A stretch of DNA of 64,000 nucleotides from an uncultured bacterium (GTDB lineage: Bacteria; Fermentibacterota; Fermentibacteria; Fermentibacterales; JCC-6). Shown here piece after piece: positions 55,423-64,000 of the stretch. The stretch spans positions 930-64,929 of the forward strand of contig CAYREX010000006.1 of NCBI GenBank assembly GCA_964423505.1, read 5' to 3'. The translations under genes were made by a program, and so were the position numbers. The notes beneath the pieces were generated by a model. That model saw only the letters and a list, made by a program, of their open reading frames with translations, did not search any database and had not been told where the DNA came from. The first letter of the stretch is position 1. Each line of letters starts with the position of its first letter.

Positions 55423-56346
55423 CTATCTCCGTTCGAGTCCCTTCGTCAAGCCTGACCCGAGCCTGCCTGTATTGCGGAAATGCAGCTTCACCGTGCCCCT
55501 CAGTGCCTCCATCCCCCCAGCCGCGAGGAGCCTCCCGGCAACCCTGTCCGCCTCCCGGCCGGAGCCGGCGGGCAGCCTGACGCCCAGCCTTCCGGAGGCC
55601 TCCTCCATCCAGCGGTCGTATGCAGCCCTGGCCAGTATGGACGCGGCGGCGACCACCACGTCCGACTCGCCCCGGACCGGCAGCTCGAGGCGGTATGCGC
55701 CTTCGGGCATGTGCGGTGCTATCCTCTCCCTCCGGCAGAACCTGTCGACGACCACGACCTCCGGCTCGCAGCCGCTCTCCAGGAGGGCCCCCACCGCTCT
55801 CCCGTGGGCCTGGGCGAGCATGTCCAGGCTGTTGCGGCCCTCGCTCCGAAGCTCCTCGAAGCGCCTGTTGTACTCCTCCGGCTCGATGACCACCAGGGAT
55901 GACTCCAGCTCCCTCTCTCCCATCAGCCCGGCGAGCTCGGCCAGCCTCCGCCTCTCCAGGGTCTTGGAGTCACGGACCCCAAGCCTCCTGAGCCCGGCGG
56001 CCGCGTCCTCCCCGGCGTAGACGGCACACACGGTCAGGGGACCGATGTAGTCGCCCTTGCCGGCCTCGTCGCCGCCTATTCGCGCCCCTCCCCGCGGCTG
56101 CTCCGCCGGCTCCCCCCGGACGAGGCCGAGAGCCCTCTCCTGCAGCGAGGCATCCCCACCGGCCGGGACGACCGACAGACCCTTCCTCCGGGAGTGATAG
56201 AGGTTGACCCCGCACTCGACGCAGCCGTCCGAGAGGGTCAGACGGATGCCGTTCTCCAGGAGCCTCCGGCCGGATACGGCTATCCCCCCCCGGGCGAGGA
56301 GCCGCTCGATGCGGGCGGCCTCGCCCCGGAGCTCGGCGGATATCAC
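55423..56346 (-). CDS. rnhC: Ribonuclease HIII
   Basis: About 90-aa N-terminal domain followed by the RNase HII/HIII catalytic motif IGGDEAGKGDYIGPLTV; length 307 aa. Confidence 0.75.
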   Translation of the reverse strand: MISAELRGEAARIERLLARGGIAVSGRRLLENGIRLTLSDGCVECGVNLYHSRRKGLSVVPAGGDASLQERALGLVRGEPAEQPRGGARIGGDEAGKGDYIGPLTVCAVYAGEDAAAGLRRLGVRDSKTLERRRLAELAGLMGERELESSLVVIEPEEYNRRFEELRSEGRNSLDMLAQAHGRAVGALLESGCEPEVVVVDRFCRRERIAPHMPEGAYRLELPVRGESDVVVAAASILARAAYDRWMEEASGRLGVRLPAGSGREADRVAGRLLAAGGMEALRGTVKLHFRNTGRLGSGLTKGLERR

Positions 56347-57188
56347 TCGTACTCCGGCTCCCAGACCTCGAAGCCGGGGTTGGCGACTTCGATAGGCGTC
56401 CCGGTGGTGTACTCCTCCAGCACGCAGGTTATCTCGCCTATGACTATGGCGCTGGTCATCAGTACCGGCATGTGGCGCTCGTCGTCGGTGAGCCAGACGT
56501 ACAGCTCACCCTGCTGGTCGAAGAGACCCTCGGAGGCCAGCATCGGCTGGACCATCACGCAGTCGAACTCGCCGGCGGGCACCCTTATCCTGTCCCTCTC
56601 GTGGACCACCACCCTGAGAGGGTAGTTGTCGTTGTCCACGTGGCAGTCAAGGTGGAAGACGTCCCCCGGCTCCAGAGGAAGCGTCCTGGAGACGTAGAAG
56701 CAGCTGAGGACGTCCAGCGAATGGGGCGGCATCTCCACGACCTCCTCCTCGTCGTCGTCCGCCTCGGGGTAGTAGACCAGCCCCATGTCCTGGTCGAAGA
56801 AGACCTCCTCCTCGTGCTGGTAGTTGCCCTCCTCCAGGTCCTTCCTGAAGTAGAGGGTGTGCATCTGGACCACGTCCAGCAGCGCCTCGTTCAGGTCGTT
56901 CACCCGGAAGAAGGTGCTGAAGGTCGGATTGGAGAGGGCAGTTGCGGTTATCCTGTATGCCAGCAGCCCCTCGTACTCCTCCGGGCCGCCCACCTCCATC
57001 ACGGCGGTCCCGGCCTTGATTAGACCGTACTCGACGCTGAACTCAAGCCTCTCCCCGGGTCCGAAGGCCTCGTTCCGCACGTACCTGGGCTCGCTGGCCG
57101 CGGCGCACGCGGTGTCGGGCGACGCCTCCTCCGTGGAGGGTACCTGCATCAGGACCGCGAGGCCGAGGACGAGGGCTCCAGTGAACAT
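56343..57188 (-). CDS. Hypothetical exported protein (DUF3108-like), 281 aa
   Basis: Signal peptide; no catalytic motif recognised. Translationally coupled (ATGA) to rnhC. Confidence 0.4.
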   Translation of the reverse strand: MFTGALVLGLAVLMQVPSTEEASPDTACAAASEPRYVRNEAFGPGERLEFSVEYGLIKAGTAVMEVGGPEEYEGLLAYRITATALSNPTFSTFFRVNDLNEALLDVVQMHTLYFRKDLEEGNYQHEEEVFFDQDMGLVYYPEADDDEEEVVEMPPHSLDVLSCFYVSRTLPLEPGDVFHLDCHVDNDNYPLRVVVHERDRIRVPAGEFDCVMVQPMLASEGLFDQQGELYVWLTDDERHMPVLMTSAIVIGEITCVLEEYTTGTPIEVANPGFEVWEPEYE

Positions 57189-57365
57189 ATGGACAGCTCC
57201 CCTCTCCCTGTGACTGTGCCTTCCGCAGCTCTACTCCCGGAGTCCTCCCCCGGTTCCCCGGTGCCGGTCGGGAGCGCTCGTGTTATCGTTCCGGTGCCGC
57301 CGGCCGCGGCGCCTCCCGCGGCGCGGCCGCTCGGTGCACGATACGCAGGGGAAGGGCCTGGGACA

Positions 57366-58538
57366 ATGCCGCACTCAGCTTCGCAGCGCCTCAGGGAGAT
57401 CGAGATGCCGCCGGTCGCGGCGGTCCGGGAGAGGGTGGCCGCGCTCCGGGCCGATGGCCGGAGGGTCATAGGCATGGGGCAGGCGGTTCCCTGGACCGGA
57501 CCTCCCCGGGAGGCGCTCTCGGAGCTGGCCGGGATGCTGCAGCACCCGGAGATGCACAGGTACAGCCCCGACCAGGGCCTGCCCGGGCCGCTCCGGGCTC
57601 TTGCCGGCGATTTGCGGGAGCGGAGGGGCATAGAGACGGACCCGGACGGTGAGCTCCACCTGACCTGCGGGGCGAGCCAGGCCTTCCTGGGAGCGCTCCT
57701 GGCCGCGGTGCCCCACGGCGGAAGCGTGACCGTCATCGAGCCCTACTACTTCGACCATGTCTTCGCCATACGCTTCTGCGGCATCGGCATGAGGAGCGTC
57801 AGGATGGAGGAGGGACCGCGATGGGAGCTGCCCTGGGAGGAGCTCGAGAGCGCGGTGGCATCTACCGACGCCCTGGTGCTGGTGGACCCCGGCAACCCGA
57901 CCGGCTCGGTCCTGGACGACGACGGGATGCGGCGGGTAGTCGGCATGACCCGGGAGCTGGGCAGCTTCCTGATACTGGACGAGACATACGAGCGGTTCAG
58001 GTTCGACCGCCGGAGCGCCCACCCGTGGGTCGCCCGCCGGGAGCCGCACGTCCTGACGATCGGCAGCTTCTCCAAGAGCCTGGGGATGGCCGGATGGCGC
58101 CTGGGCTACCTCTTCGGCGACGCCGGCATGCTGGAGCAGGCGCTGAAGGTCCAGGACTCGGTGGTCATCTGTCCCCCGGTCGCCTCCCAGGTGCTCCTGG
58201 AGCTCTCCCTCCGGCACCCGGCGTGGGCCGAAGAGCTCTCGAAGGGAGTCGAGATGAGGAGGGACCTCTGCAGGGAGGCGCTCCGGGGATGCGAGGGGCT
58301 GGAGTGGCGCGGCGCCGAGGGGGCGTTCTTCACCCTGGCCCGGAGCAGGACCGGCATGACGGACCTGGATGCGGCCATGCACCTGATAGAGGCCCACGGC
58401 CTGGCAGCCATACCGGGCAGCGCCTTCGGGGAGGCCGGAAGCGGACACCTGAGGCTCAGCTTCGGCTGCCTCCCGGAGGAGGAGCTGGAGCCGGCGATGC
58501 GGGCCCTGGCCGGGGTCAGCTTCCCTTCCCGGCCCTGA
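57366..58538 (+). CDS. Class I/II PLP-dependent aminotransferase
   Basis: PLP-lysine motif SFSKSLGMAGWRLGY. Internal ATG start chosen at MPHSASQ. Confidence 0.75.
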   Translation: MPHSASQRLREIEMPPVAAVRERVAALRADGRRVIGMGQAVPWTGPPREALSELAGMLQHPEMHRYSPDQGLPGPLRALAGDLRERRGIETDPDGELHLTCGASQAFLGALLAAVPHGGSVTVIEPYYFDHVFAIRFCGIGMRSVRMEEGPRWELPWEELESAVASTDALVLVDPGNPTGSVLDDDGMRRVVGMTRELGSFLILDETYERFRFDRRSAHPWVARREPHVLTIGSFSKSLGMAGWRLGYLFGDAGMLEQALKVQDSVVICPPVASQVLLELSLRHPAWAEELSKGVEMRRDLCREALRGCEGLEWRGAEGAFFTLARSRTGMTDLDAAMHLIEAHGLAAIPGSAFGEAGSGHLRLSFGCLPEEELEPAMRALAGVSFPSRP

Positions 58539-59022
58539 GCAGCCTGCCGTAGCACGTCCTCGCCTCGAGCATGAACCGGTCGAATACCCCGGAGGCAAAG
58601 TCGGGGAAGCTGTGGTCCGGGGCGGCGAACCGTCCGAACCGGTACCTGAGCACCGTGTGCGCCCAGACGCCCCGGCCCATGTAGAGCTTGTCCGGAGCCT
58701 CCTTGAAGCTGGCCAGCACCAGCTTGCCGTGGTCCATGTACCCGGGGTCCAGGTTCACCGTTCTGGAGCCGCCCCTCGCGAAGCGCTCCTCCAGTCCCGC
58801 GCACCGGAGCTTGATTCCGGGCAGCTCCTCCGGCCCGACTGCGTGCCGGAAGCAGAGCCAGCGCCTCTGGAGGCCGGGCCCCATCTCCGGCTCGTAGTAG
58901 TCGGTGGCGTCGAAGGGGTAGTCGCAGCTCTCCAGGGCGACCGGACCGAGCATCCGGGAGAGGGCTTCCCTGGCACGCTCGAAAGGAGCCCCGGGGGGCC
59001 GAAGGACGCTGACCACGGCCAT
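58516..59022 (-). CDS. Hypothetical protein (168 aa), coupled to upstream NAT-like gene
   Basis: Internal start MAVVSVLRPP overlaps the stop of the upstream gene (ATGA). No family recognised. Confidence 0.35.
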   Translation of the reverse strand: MAVVSVLRPPGAPFERAREALSRMLGPVALESCDYPFDATDYYEPEMGPGLQRRWLCFRHAVGPEELPGIKLRCAGLEERFARGGSRTVNLDPGYMDHGKLVLASFKEAPDKLYMGRGVWAHTVLRYRFGRFAAPDHSFPDFASGVFDRFMLEARTCYGRLLRAGKGS

Positions 59023-59837
59023 CACCCTCGGTCCCTCTCGCCCGGCTCCCTCTCCGCCTCCGCCTCCGTCTCTCTCTTCCGGCATCTCACCTCCTCGAGC
59101 CTGGCCAGGGCCGCGGCGGTGACCGCCGGGGCCAGCCCGAAGCGCTCCCTCACGAGGCCGGGGACGTCGGTGCGGAGCTTCTCGTTCCTGCTCCCTGAGG
59201 CGGAGGTCAGCCTGAGGTTCCGTCCCCGGGCGTAGAGCCTCTCCCCCTCCCTCCGCGCACCGAGCTGAGGCACCCGCATGCCGGCGGCCGAGAAGGAGCG
59301 CACCCAGTGCTCCTCCAGCTCCGTCCTCGAGACCGGCCGGAGCGACAGCGAGTACCGGAGCTTCCACTCCGGACCCGCTCCCCCCCGGGTATGAAGCTCC
59401 AGCCTCTCCCCCGAGCCGTCCGGGCGCCACTGCATCGTCTGCCCCGGCAGCTCCAGGAGCGGCGCTCCGCCGCCATCCAGCCGCACCGGCTCGGGGACCA
59501 GGTAGCCCGGATCCGCCAGGTAGCTGCAGCCTTCGGCGCCGACCACCAGGGCGCAGTGGAGGTCCCTCCCGCTGCGCATGTCAGCCATGTGGAAGGTGCA
59601 GCTGTACCCCCTGGCGGTGAGCAGCCGCTCCAGCGTAGCCACCAGGGAGAAACAGGTTCCTCCGGTGCCGGAGAGCCGGTAGCCGCGAAGCACCTCCTCC
59701 GGTGACCTCATGGCAGCCGGTCCCTCGCCCCTCTCGGCCACTGCGAGTATCTTGGTGAGGTTCTCCCAGGGCACCCGGGAGAAGGAGCGCACGACTTCCT
59801 CCATCTCTCCGGCGCCCGGTCCCCGGTGCCTTGCCAT
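59022..59837 (-). CDS. Arylamine N-acetyltransferase-like protein
   Basis: VPWENLTKIL resembles the NAT PFENL motif; GTGGTCFSL resembles the NAT catalytic Cys motif (GGxCxxxN). Start could be the internal ATG at 59804. Confidence 0.45.
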   Translation of the reverse strand: MARHRGPGAGEMEEVVRSFSRVPWENLTKILAVAERGEGPAAMRSPEEVLRGYRLSGTGGTCFSLVATLERLLTARGYSCTFHMADMRSGRDLHCALVVGAEGCSYLADPGYLVPEPVRLDGGGAPLLELPGQTMQWRPDGSGERLELHTRGGAGPEWKLRYSLSLRPVSRTELEEHWVRSFSAAGMRVPQLGARREGERLYARGRNLRLTSASGSRNEKLRTDVPGLVRERFGLAPAVTAAALARLEEVRCRKRETEAEAEREPGERDRG

Positions 59838-59896
59838 GCGGCCCTCCCGCTCGCTGCGTGGGGTGCGGTCGGTCTGTCCAGAAGGAGGAAACGGTA

Positions 59897-60844
59897 ATGC
59901 GGAAGACCCGGATGCGCAAGCTCTCCGCCTTCTACCGGGAGACCTTCGGCGTCCGGGTCCACAAGGTCGGCCTGGTCTGCGGCTTCGGCTGCCCCGGCAG
60001 GGAGCCTCTCTCGCCCGCCGGCGCCTGCTCCTTCTGCCATCCGCTGGCCTCCCTCCCCGCCACCTGGAGGCCTGGCATGTCGCTGGCGGAGCAGCTCGAG
60101 GAGGGGATGAGGGTGGTGGGCAGGAGGTACTCCCCGGGCGCCTTCATCGCCTACCTCCAGGACGGCAGCGCCACCTGGCCCGACGCGGCCGGGCTGGAGG
60201 AGGCGGCGGAGGAGGTCCTCAGCCTGAGCGGGGAGAGGCTCGTCGGGATAGCCCTGTGCACCAGGCCGGACTGCCTCGGCCCGGAGGCGGTCGATGTAGT
60301 GCGGAGGCTCTCACGTCGGACCTGGCTCCAGGTGGAGGTGGGGGTCCAGACCTGGAGCGCCGGGGCGCTGGAGCGCACCTGCCGCGGCCACGGCCCGGGC
60401 GCTTCGACCGAGGCCCTCGGCAGGCTCTCCGGCACAGGCGCCCACGTGGTGGCCCAGCTCGTGATCGGGCTGCCCGGGTCGAGCCCCCCGGACGTCGCCG
60501 CGGACGCCCGGGAGCTCGCGCGGTCGAACGCCAACGGCGTCAAGCTCCACAACCTCCACGTGGTCAGGGGAACGCGCCTCGAGGAGGAATGGAGGCGGGG
60601 AGAGGTCCGGCTGCAGACCATGGAGGAGTACGCGAACGACGTAGTCCGCTTCCTGGAGAGGGTGCCGCCCGGGGTCGTCGTCCACAGGCTCACCGGCGAA
60701 GCCCCCCGCGATATGACCGCTGCACCGGAATGGTCTCTCCGCAAGGGCGAGGTCCTCCGCCGGATAGAGGAGATCATGGCAGCGCGGGACACCCGGCAGG
60801 GGAAGCTCCACGGCTCCCCGGTGGAAGCTCGCGGAGGGGGCTGA
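59897..60844 (+). CDS. Radical SAM protein, TIGR01212 family
   Basis: Perfect RBS aggaggaaacggtaATG. N-terminal LVCGFGCPG...CSFCHP cysteine pattern of this radical-SAM subfamily. Confidence 0.8.
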   Translation: MRKTRMRKLSAFYRETFGVRVHKVGLVCGFGCPGREPLSPAGACSFCHPLASLPATWRPGMSLAEQLEEGMRVVGRRYSPGAFIAYLQDGSATWPDAAGLEEAAEEVLSLSGERLVGIALCTRPDCLGPEAVDVVRRLSRRTWLQVEVGVQTWSAGALERTCRGHGPGASTEALGRLSGTGAHVVAQLVIGLPGSSPPDVAADARELARSNANGVKLHNLHVVRGTRLEEEWRRGEVRLQTMEEYANDVVRFLERVPPGVVVHRLTGEAPRDMTAAPEWSLRKGEVLRRIEEIMAARDTRQGKLHGSPVEARGGG

Positions 60845-60934
60845 GCGTTGCGCCCGGAGGCGGTCGCTCGTAGATTATGATGGCATAGGCCCATTGGCAT
60901 TAATGCCCCAGCCGCACACTTCCCGGAGGTCCCC

Positions 60935-62302
60935 TTGATACGCAGGAGCACCATCGCAGACCTCTTGGCCGGAGCCCCGTCCGACCGGCCGGTAACCGTC
61001 ATGGGATGGGTGCGCACGGCCAGGCGCTCCAAGAACGTCGCCTTCGCCGAGATAACCGACGGCAGCCCGGCCGGTCCGCTCCAGGCCGTCTTCGACAGGA
61101 GCGTCTTCACTGACGAAGAGCTGGCCGGGCTGACCACAGGGGCCTGCGTGAGCGTGACCGGCCGCCTCACCCCCTCCCCCGGCGGCGAGCAGGAGCTGGA
61201 GCTCCGGTCGGATTCGCTTGAGGTGCTAGGTCCGGCGCCGGACGACTACCCGCTCCAGAAGAAGCGGCACTCGCTGCAGTTCCTCAGGAGGATGCCGCAC
61301 CTGAGGCCGAGGACCAACACGGTGGGCGCCGCCCTCAGGATGAGCCACCACCTGAGCATGGCCATCCACCGCTTCTTCGACTCGGAGGGCTTCTACTACG
61401 TCCACGCTCCGGTAATCACCTCCAGCGACGCCGAGGGCGCCGGAGAGGCGTTCACCGTAACAACCCTCGAGGACGGCCCGGGCGAGGAGGGCTGGGAGGG
61501 CGACTACTTCGGCCGGAGGGCCTACCTCACCGTCAGCGCGCAGCTGGAGGCTGAGCCGCTGGCACTGGCGCTGGGCAAGGTCTACACCTTCGGCCCCACC
61601 TTCCGCGCCGACCCGTCTGACACGAGGCTACATTCCGCCGAGTTCTGGATGGTGGAGCCGGAGATGGCCTTCCACGACCTGGAGGACTGCATGGGCCTCG
61701 CCGAGCGGATGCTCGCGTCCGTGGCATCTGCGGTTCGCGAGAGGTGCCCCTCGGAGCTGGCCTTCTTCCGCCGCTTCTACGCCGAGGACCTGGACGACAG
61801 GCTCGCGATGCTGGAGCGGGGCGGTTTCCGGCGCATCAGCTACGAGAGCGTCCTCGGCCTCCTCGCCGGTGAGGAGGAGCGCTTCGAGAGCGTCCCCTCG
61901 TGGGGGGACGACCTGATGACCGAGCACGAGCGCTACCTGACGGAGGAGCGCTTCGGCGGGCCGGTCTTCGTCACCGACTTCCCCACGACGCTGAAGCCCT
62001 TCTACATGAGGCTCGGCGACGACGGCCGCACCGTGGCCGGCGCCGACCTCCTGCTCCCCTGCGTAGGCGAGGCCGTCGGTGCCAGCCAGAGGGAGGAGAG
62101 GCTGGGGCTGCTCGAAGAGCGGGCCCGGCAGAGGGGTGTTGACGTATCCAGGTACGAATGGTACTTCGACCTCAGGAGGTGGGGCTCCGCCCCTCACTCG
62201 GGCTTCGGCCTCGGCTTCGAGAGGCTGCTCCTCTTCCTGAGCGGCATGGAGAACATAAGGGACGTGGTCCCCTTCCCGAGGACGAAGGGTCACCTCTACT
62301 GA
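60935..62302 (+). CDS. asnS: Asparagine--tRNA ligase
   Basis: Class IIb pattern including FRADPSDTRLHSAEFWMVEPEMAF and the C-terminal GFGLGFERLL. Apparent TTG start. Confidence 0.85.
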   Translation: MIRRSTIADLLAGAPSDRPVTVMGWVRTARRSKNVAFAEITDGSPAGPLQAVFDRSVFTDEELAGLTTGACVSVTGRLTPSPGGEQELELRSDSLEVLGPAPDDYPLQKKRHSLQFLRRMPHLRPRTNTVGAALRMSHHLSMAIHRFFDSEGFYYVHAPVITSSDAEGAGEAFTVTTLEDGPGEEGWEGDYFGRRAYLTVSAQLEAEPLALALGKVYTFGPTFRADPSDTRLHSAEFWMVEPEMAFHDLEDCMGLAERMLASVASAVRERCPSELAFFRRFYAEDLDDRLAMLERGGFRRISYESVLGLLAGEEERFESVPSWGDDLMTEHERYLTEERFGGPVFVTDFPTTLKPFYMRLGDDGRTVAGADLLLPCVGEAVGASQREERLGLLEERARQRGVDVSRYEWYFDLRRWGSAPHSGFGLGFERLLLFLSGMENIRDVVPFPRTKGHLY

Positions 62303-62387
62303 CGCAACGATGACTGCATGAAAGCATGAGAGAGAGCAGGGATAACGCAACAGGGGCCCGGCAGGGCCCGGCGGACGGAGGAGTCTG

Positions 62388-64000
62388 ATGGAGCGGAGTA
62401 TGATAACCATCGACGGCAACGAGGCCGCCGCGAGGATAGGCCACAGGCTGAGCGAGGTGGTGGCCATATATCCCATCACCCCCTCGAGCCCGATGGGGGA
62501 GCACGCCGACGCCTGGTCCTCGCAGGGCAGGACCAACATCTGGGGCACGGTCCCCCTCGTTCAGGAGATGCAGAGCGAGGGCGGCGCCGCCGCAGCGGTC
62601 CACGGCGCCCTCCAGACCGGAGGCCTGACCACGACCTTCACCGCCTCGCAGGGCCTCCTGCTCATGATACCCTCGATGTACAAGATAGCCGCCGAGCTGA
62701 CGCCGGCGGTCTTCCACGTCTCCGCCAGGAGCCTCGCCTGCCAGGCCCTCTCCATCTTCGGCGACCACAGCGACGTGATGGCTGTCAGGCAGACCGGGTT
62801 CGGCCTGCTGGGCAGCGCCTCCATCCAGGAGGTAATGGACCTGGCGGTGATAGCTCACGCATCCGCGCTGAGGTCGCGCATCCCGTTCGTGCACTTCTTC
62901 GACGGCTTCCGCAGCAGCCACGAGATACAGAAGATAGAGCAGGTCTCCGACGAGACCCTCAGGGCCATGATCGATGACGAGCTCGTCCTCGCGGTCAGGT
63001 CCAGGGCGCTGGACCCGAACCACCCGGTGGTCAGGGGCACCAGCCAGAACCCGGACGTCTACTTCCAGGGCAGGGAGACGGTGAACCCCTACTACATGGC
63101 CGCCCCGGGCATCGTCCAGGACGCCATGGACAGGTTCGCCGAGCTCACCGGCCGCAGCTACCACCTCTTCGACTACGTGGGGCACGCGGAGCCGGAGACC
63201 GTGGTCGTACAGATGACCTCCGGATGCGAGACCGCTCACGAGACCGTGGAGTACCTGAACGACCAGGGCGCCGCCACCGGCCTCGTCAAGGTGCGGCTCT
63301 ACAGGCCCTGGGACGGCAAGGCCTTCATGGAGGCCCTCCCGGAGAGCGTCCGGAACATCGCCGTCCTGGACAGGACGAAGGAGCCGGGCGGCCCCGGCGA
63401 GCCGCTCTACCTGGACGTGGCCACCACGCTCAGGGAGAACGGCCGGGACGACGTCAGGCTGGTGGGCGGCCGCTACGGCCTCTCCAGCAAGGAGTTCAAC
63501 CCGGCGATGGTCAAGGCCGTCATCGACAACGCCGCCTCGGAGGAGCCGAAGAACCACTTCACCGTCGGCATCGAGGACGACGTCACCCACACCTCCCTGG
63601 AGGTGGGCGACCTCTGCCTCCGCTCACCGGGCACCATCCAGTGCGTCTTCTTCGGCCTGGGCTCCGACGGAACGGTGGGCGCCAACAAGAACAGCATCAA
63701 GATAATCGGCGAGGAGACCGACAACTACGCCCAGGGCTACTTCGTGTACGACTCCAAGAAGGCGGGCGCCAGGACCGTCAGCCACCTGAGGTTCGGCCCG
63801 GAGCCCATCAAGCAGACCTGCCTGGTCTCCAGCGCCGACTTCGTGGCCTGCCACCAGGACATCTTCCTGGAGAAGTACGACATCCTGGGCTACGCCGCCG
63901 AGGGCGCCACCTTCCTCCTGAACAGCCCGTTCGAGAAGGACGAGGTATGGGACCATCTGCCCAGGCAGGTACAGGAGCAGATGATAGAGAAGAAGCTCCG
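62388..64000 (+). CDS. por: Pyruvate:ferredoxin (flavodoxin) oxidoreductase, N-terminal part (3' end outside the window)
   Basis: Starts MERSMITIDGNEAAARIGHRLSEVVAIYPITPSSPMGE after RBS ggacggagg. The frame stays open to the window edge. This ORF is absent from the supplied track because it has no in-window stop. Confidence 0.85.
   Translation, partial: MERSMITIDGNEAAARIGHRLSEVVAIYPITPSSPMGEHADAWSSQGRTNIWGTVPLVQEMQSEGGAAAAVHGALQTGGLTTTFTASQGLLLMIPSMYKIAAELTPAVFHVSARSLACQALSIFGDHSDVMAVRQTGFGLLGSASIQEVMDLAVIAHASALRSRIPFVHFFDGFRSSHEIQKIEQVSDETLRAMIDDELVLAVRSRALDPNHPVVRGTSQNPDVYFQGRETVNPYYMAAPGIVQDAMDRFAELTGRSYHLFDYVGHAEPETVVVQMTSGCETAHETVEYLNDQGAATGLVKVRLYRPWDGKAFMEALPESVRNIAVLDRTKEPGGPGEPLYLDVATTLRENGRDDVRLVGGRYGLSSKEFNPAMVKAVIDNAASEEPKNHFTVGIEDDVTHTSLEVGDLCLRSPGTIQCVFFGLGSDGTVGANKNSIKIIGEETDNYAQGYFVYDSKKAGARTVSHLRFGPEPIKQTCLVSSADFVACHQDIFLEKYDILGYAAEGATFLLNSPFEKDEVWDHLPRQVQEQMIEKKL

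Noticed and set aside
62303-62387. GC-rich element caggggcccggcagggcccggcgg after asnS as a rho-independent terminator.
   Set aside because: The GCCCGGC motifs are direct rather than inverted repeats. No stable stem followed by a T-run is evident.

Overview
This 64-kb window has two parts with very different composition. By eye, bases ~1-6180 are markedly AT-richer than the rest, and bases 2679-3640 are the most AT-rich stretch. Bases 1-6180 look like a horizontally acquired array of at least 11 short cassettes, all on the + strand. Each cassette ends in a ~60-75 bp imperfect palindrome of the form AAC...GTT, resembling integron attC recombination sites. The cassettes carry five type II toxin-antitoxin modules (HigB/HigA-like, BrnT/BrnA x2, YefM/YoeB, RHH/RelE-ParE), each with its own TTGACA promoter and a palindromic operator. 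They also carry three proteins of unknown function, including one with a C-terminal GIY-YIG nuclease domain, and three copies of a ~150-bp non-coding cassette. No integrase gene is present in the window; if one exists it should lie beyond the left edge. I read this as a sedentary chromosomal integron cassette array, or a cluster of attC sites lacking an integrase. It is the best candidate for new biology here. The remaining ~58 kb is high-GC core chromosome of a Gram-negative bacterium with LPS, sigma-54 and type IX secretion (T9SS)-type C-terminal sorting domains. The clade is uncertain; it may belong to the Fibrobacteres-Chlorobi-Bacteroidetes (FCB) group or a candidate phylum. Core genes include a conserved kdsB-kdsA-kdsC-kdsD-lpxL-like-lptC-lptA-lptB-rpoN block, housekeeping genes (nadA, mnmA, gpmI, purM, argS, rsfS, panDC, folKB, asnS, rnhC, a 3'-truncated pyruvate:ferredoxin oxidoreductase) and several secreted proteases carrying T9SS-type C-terminal domains. 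Less ordinary core features are a translationally coupled operon of three TPR-bearing membrane proteins, one DUF2723/TMEM260-like and all provisionally read as GT-C glycosyltransferases, a PD-(D/E)xK nuclease fused to a DinG/XPD-type Fe-S helicase, and a lipoprotein gene built of 15-bp tandem repeats. All calls rest on reading the sequence and the supplied ORF translations. No database searches or folding computations were run.
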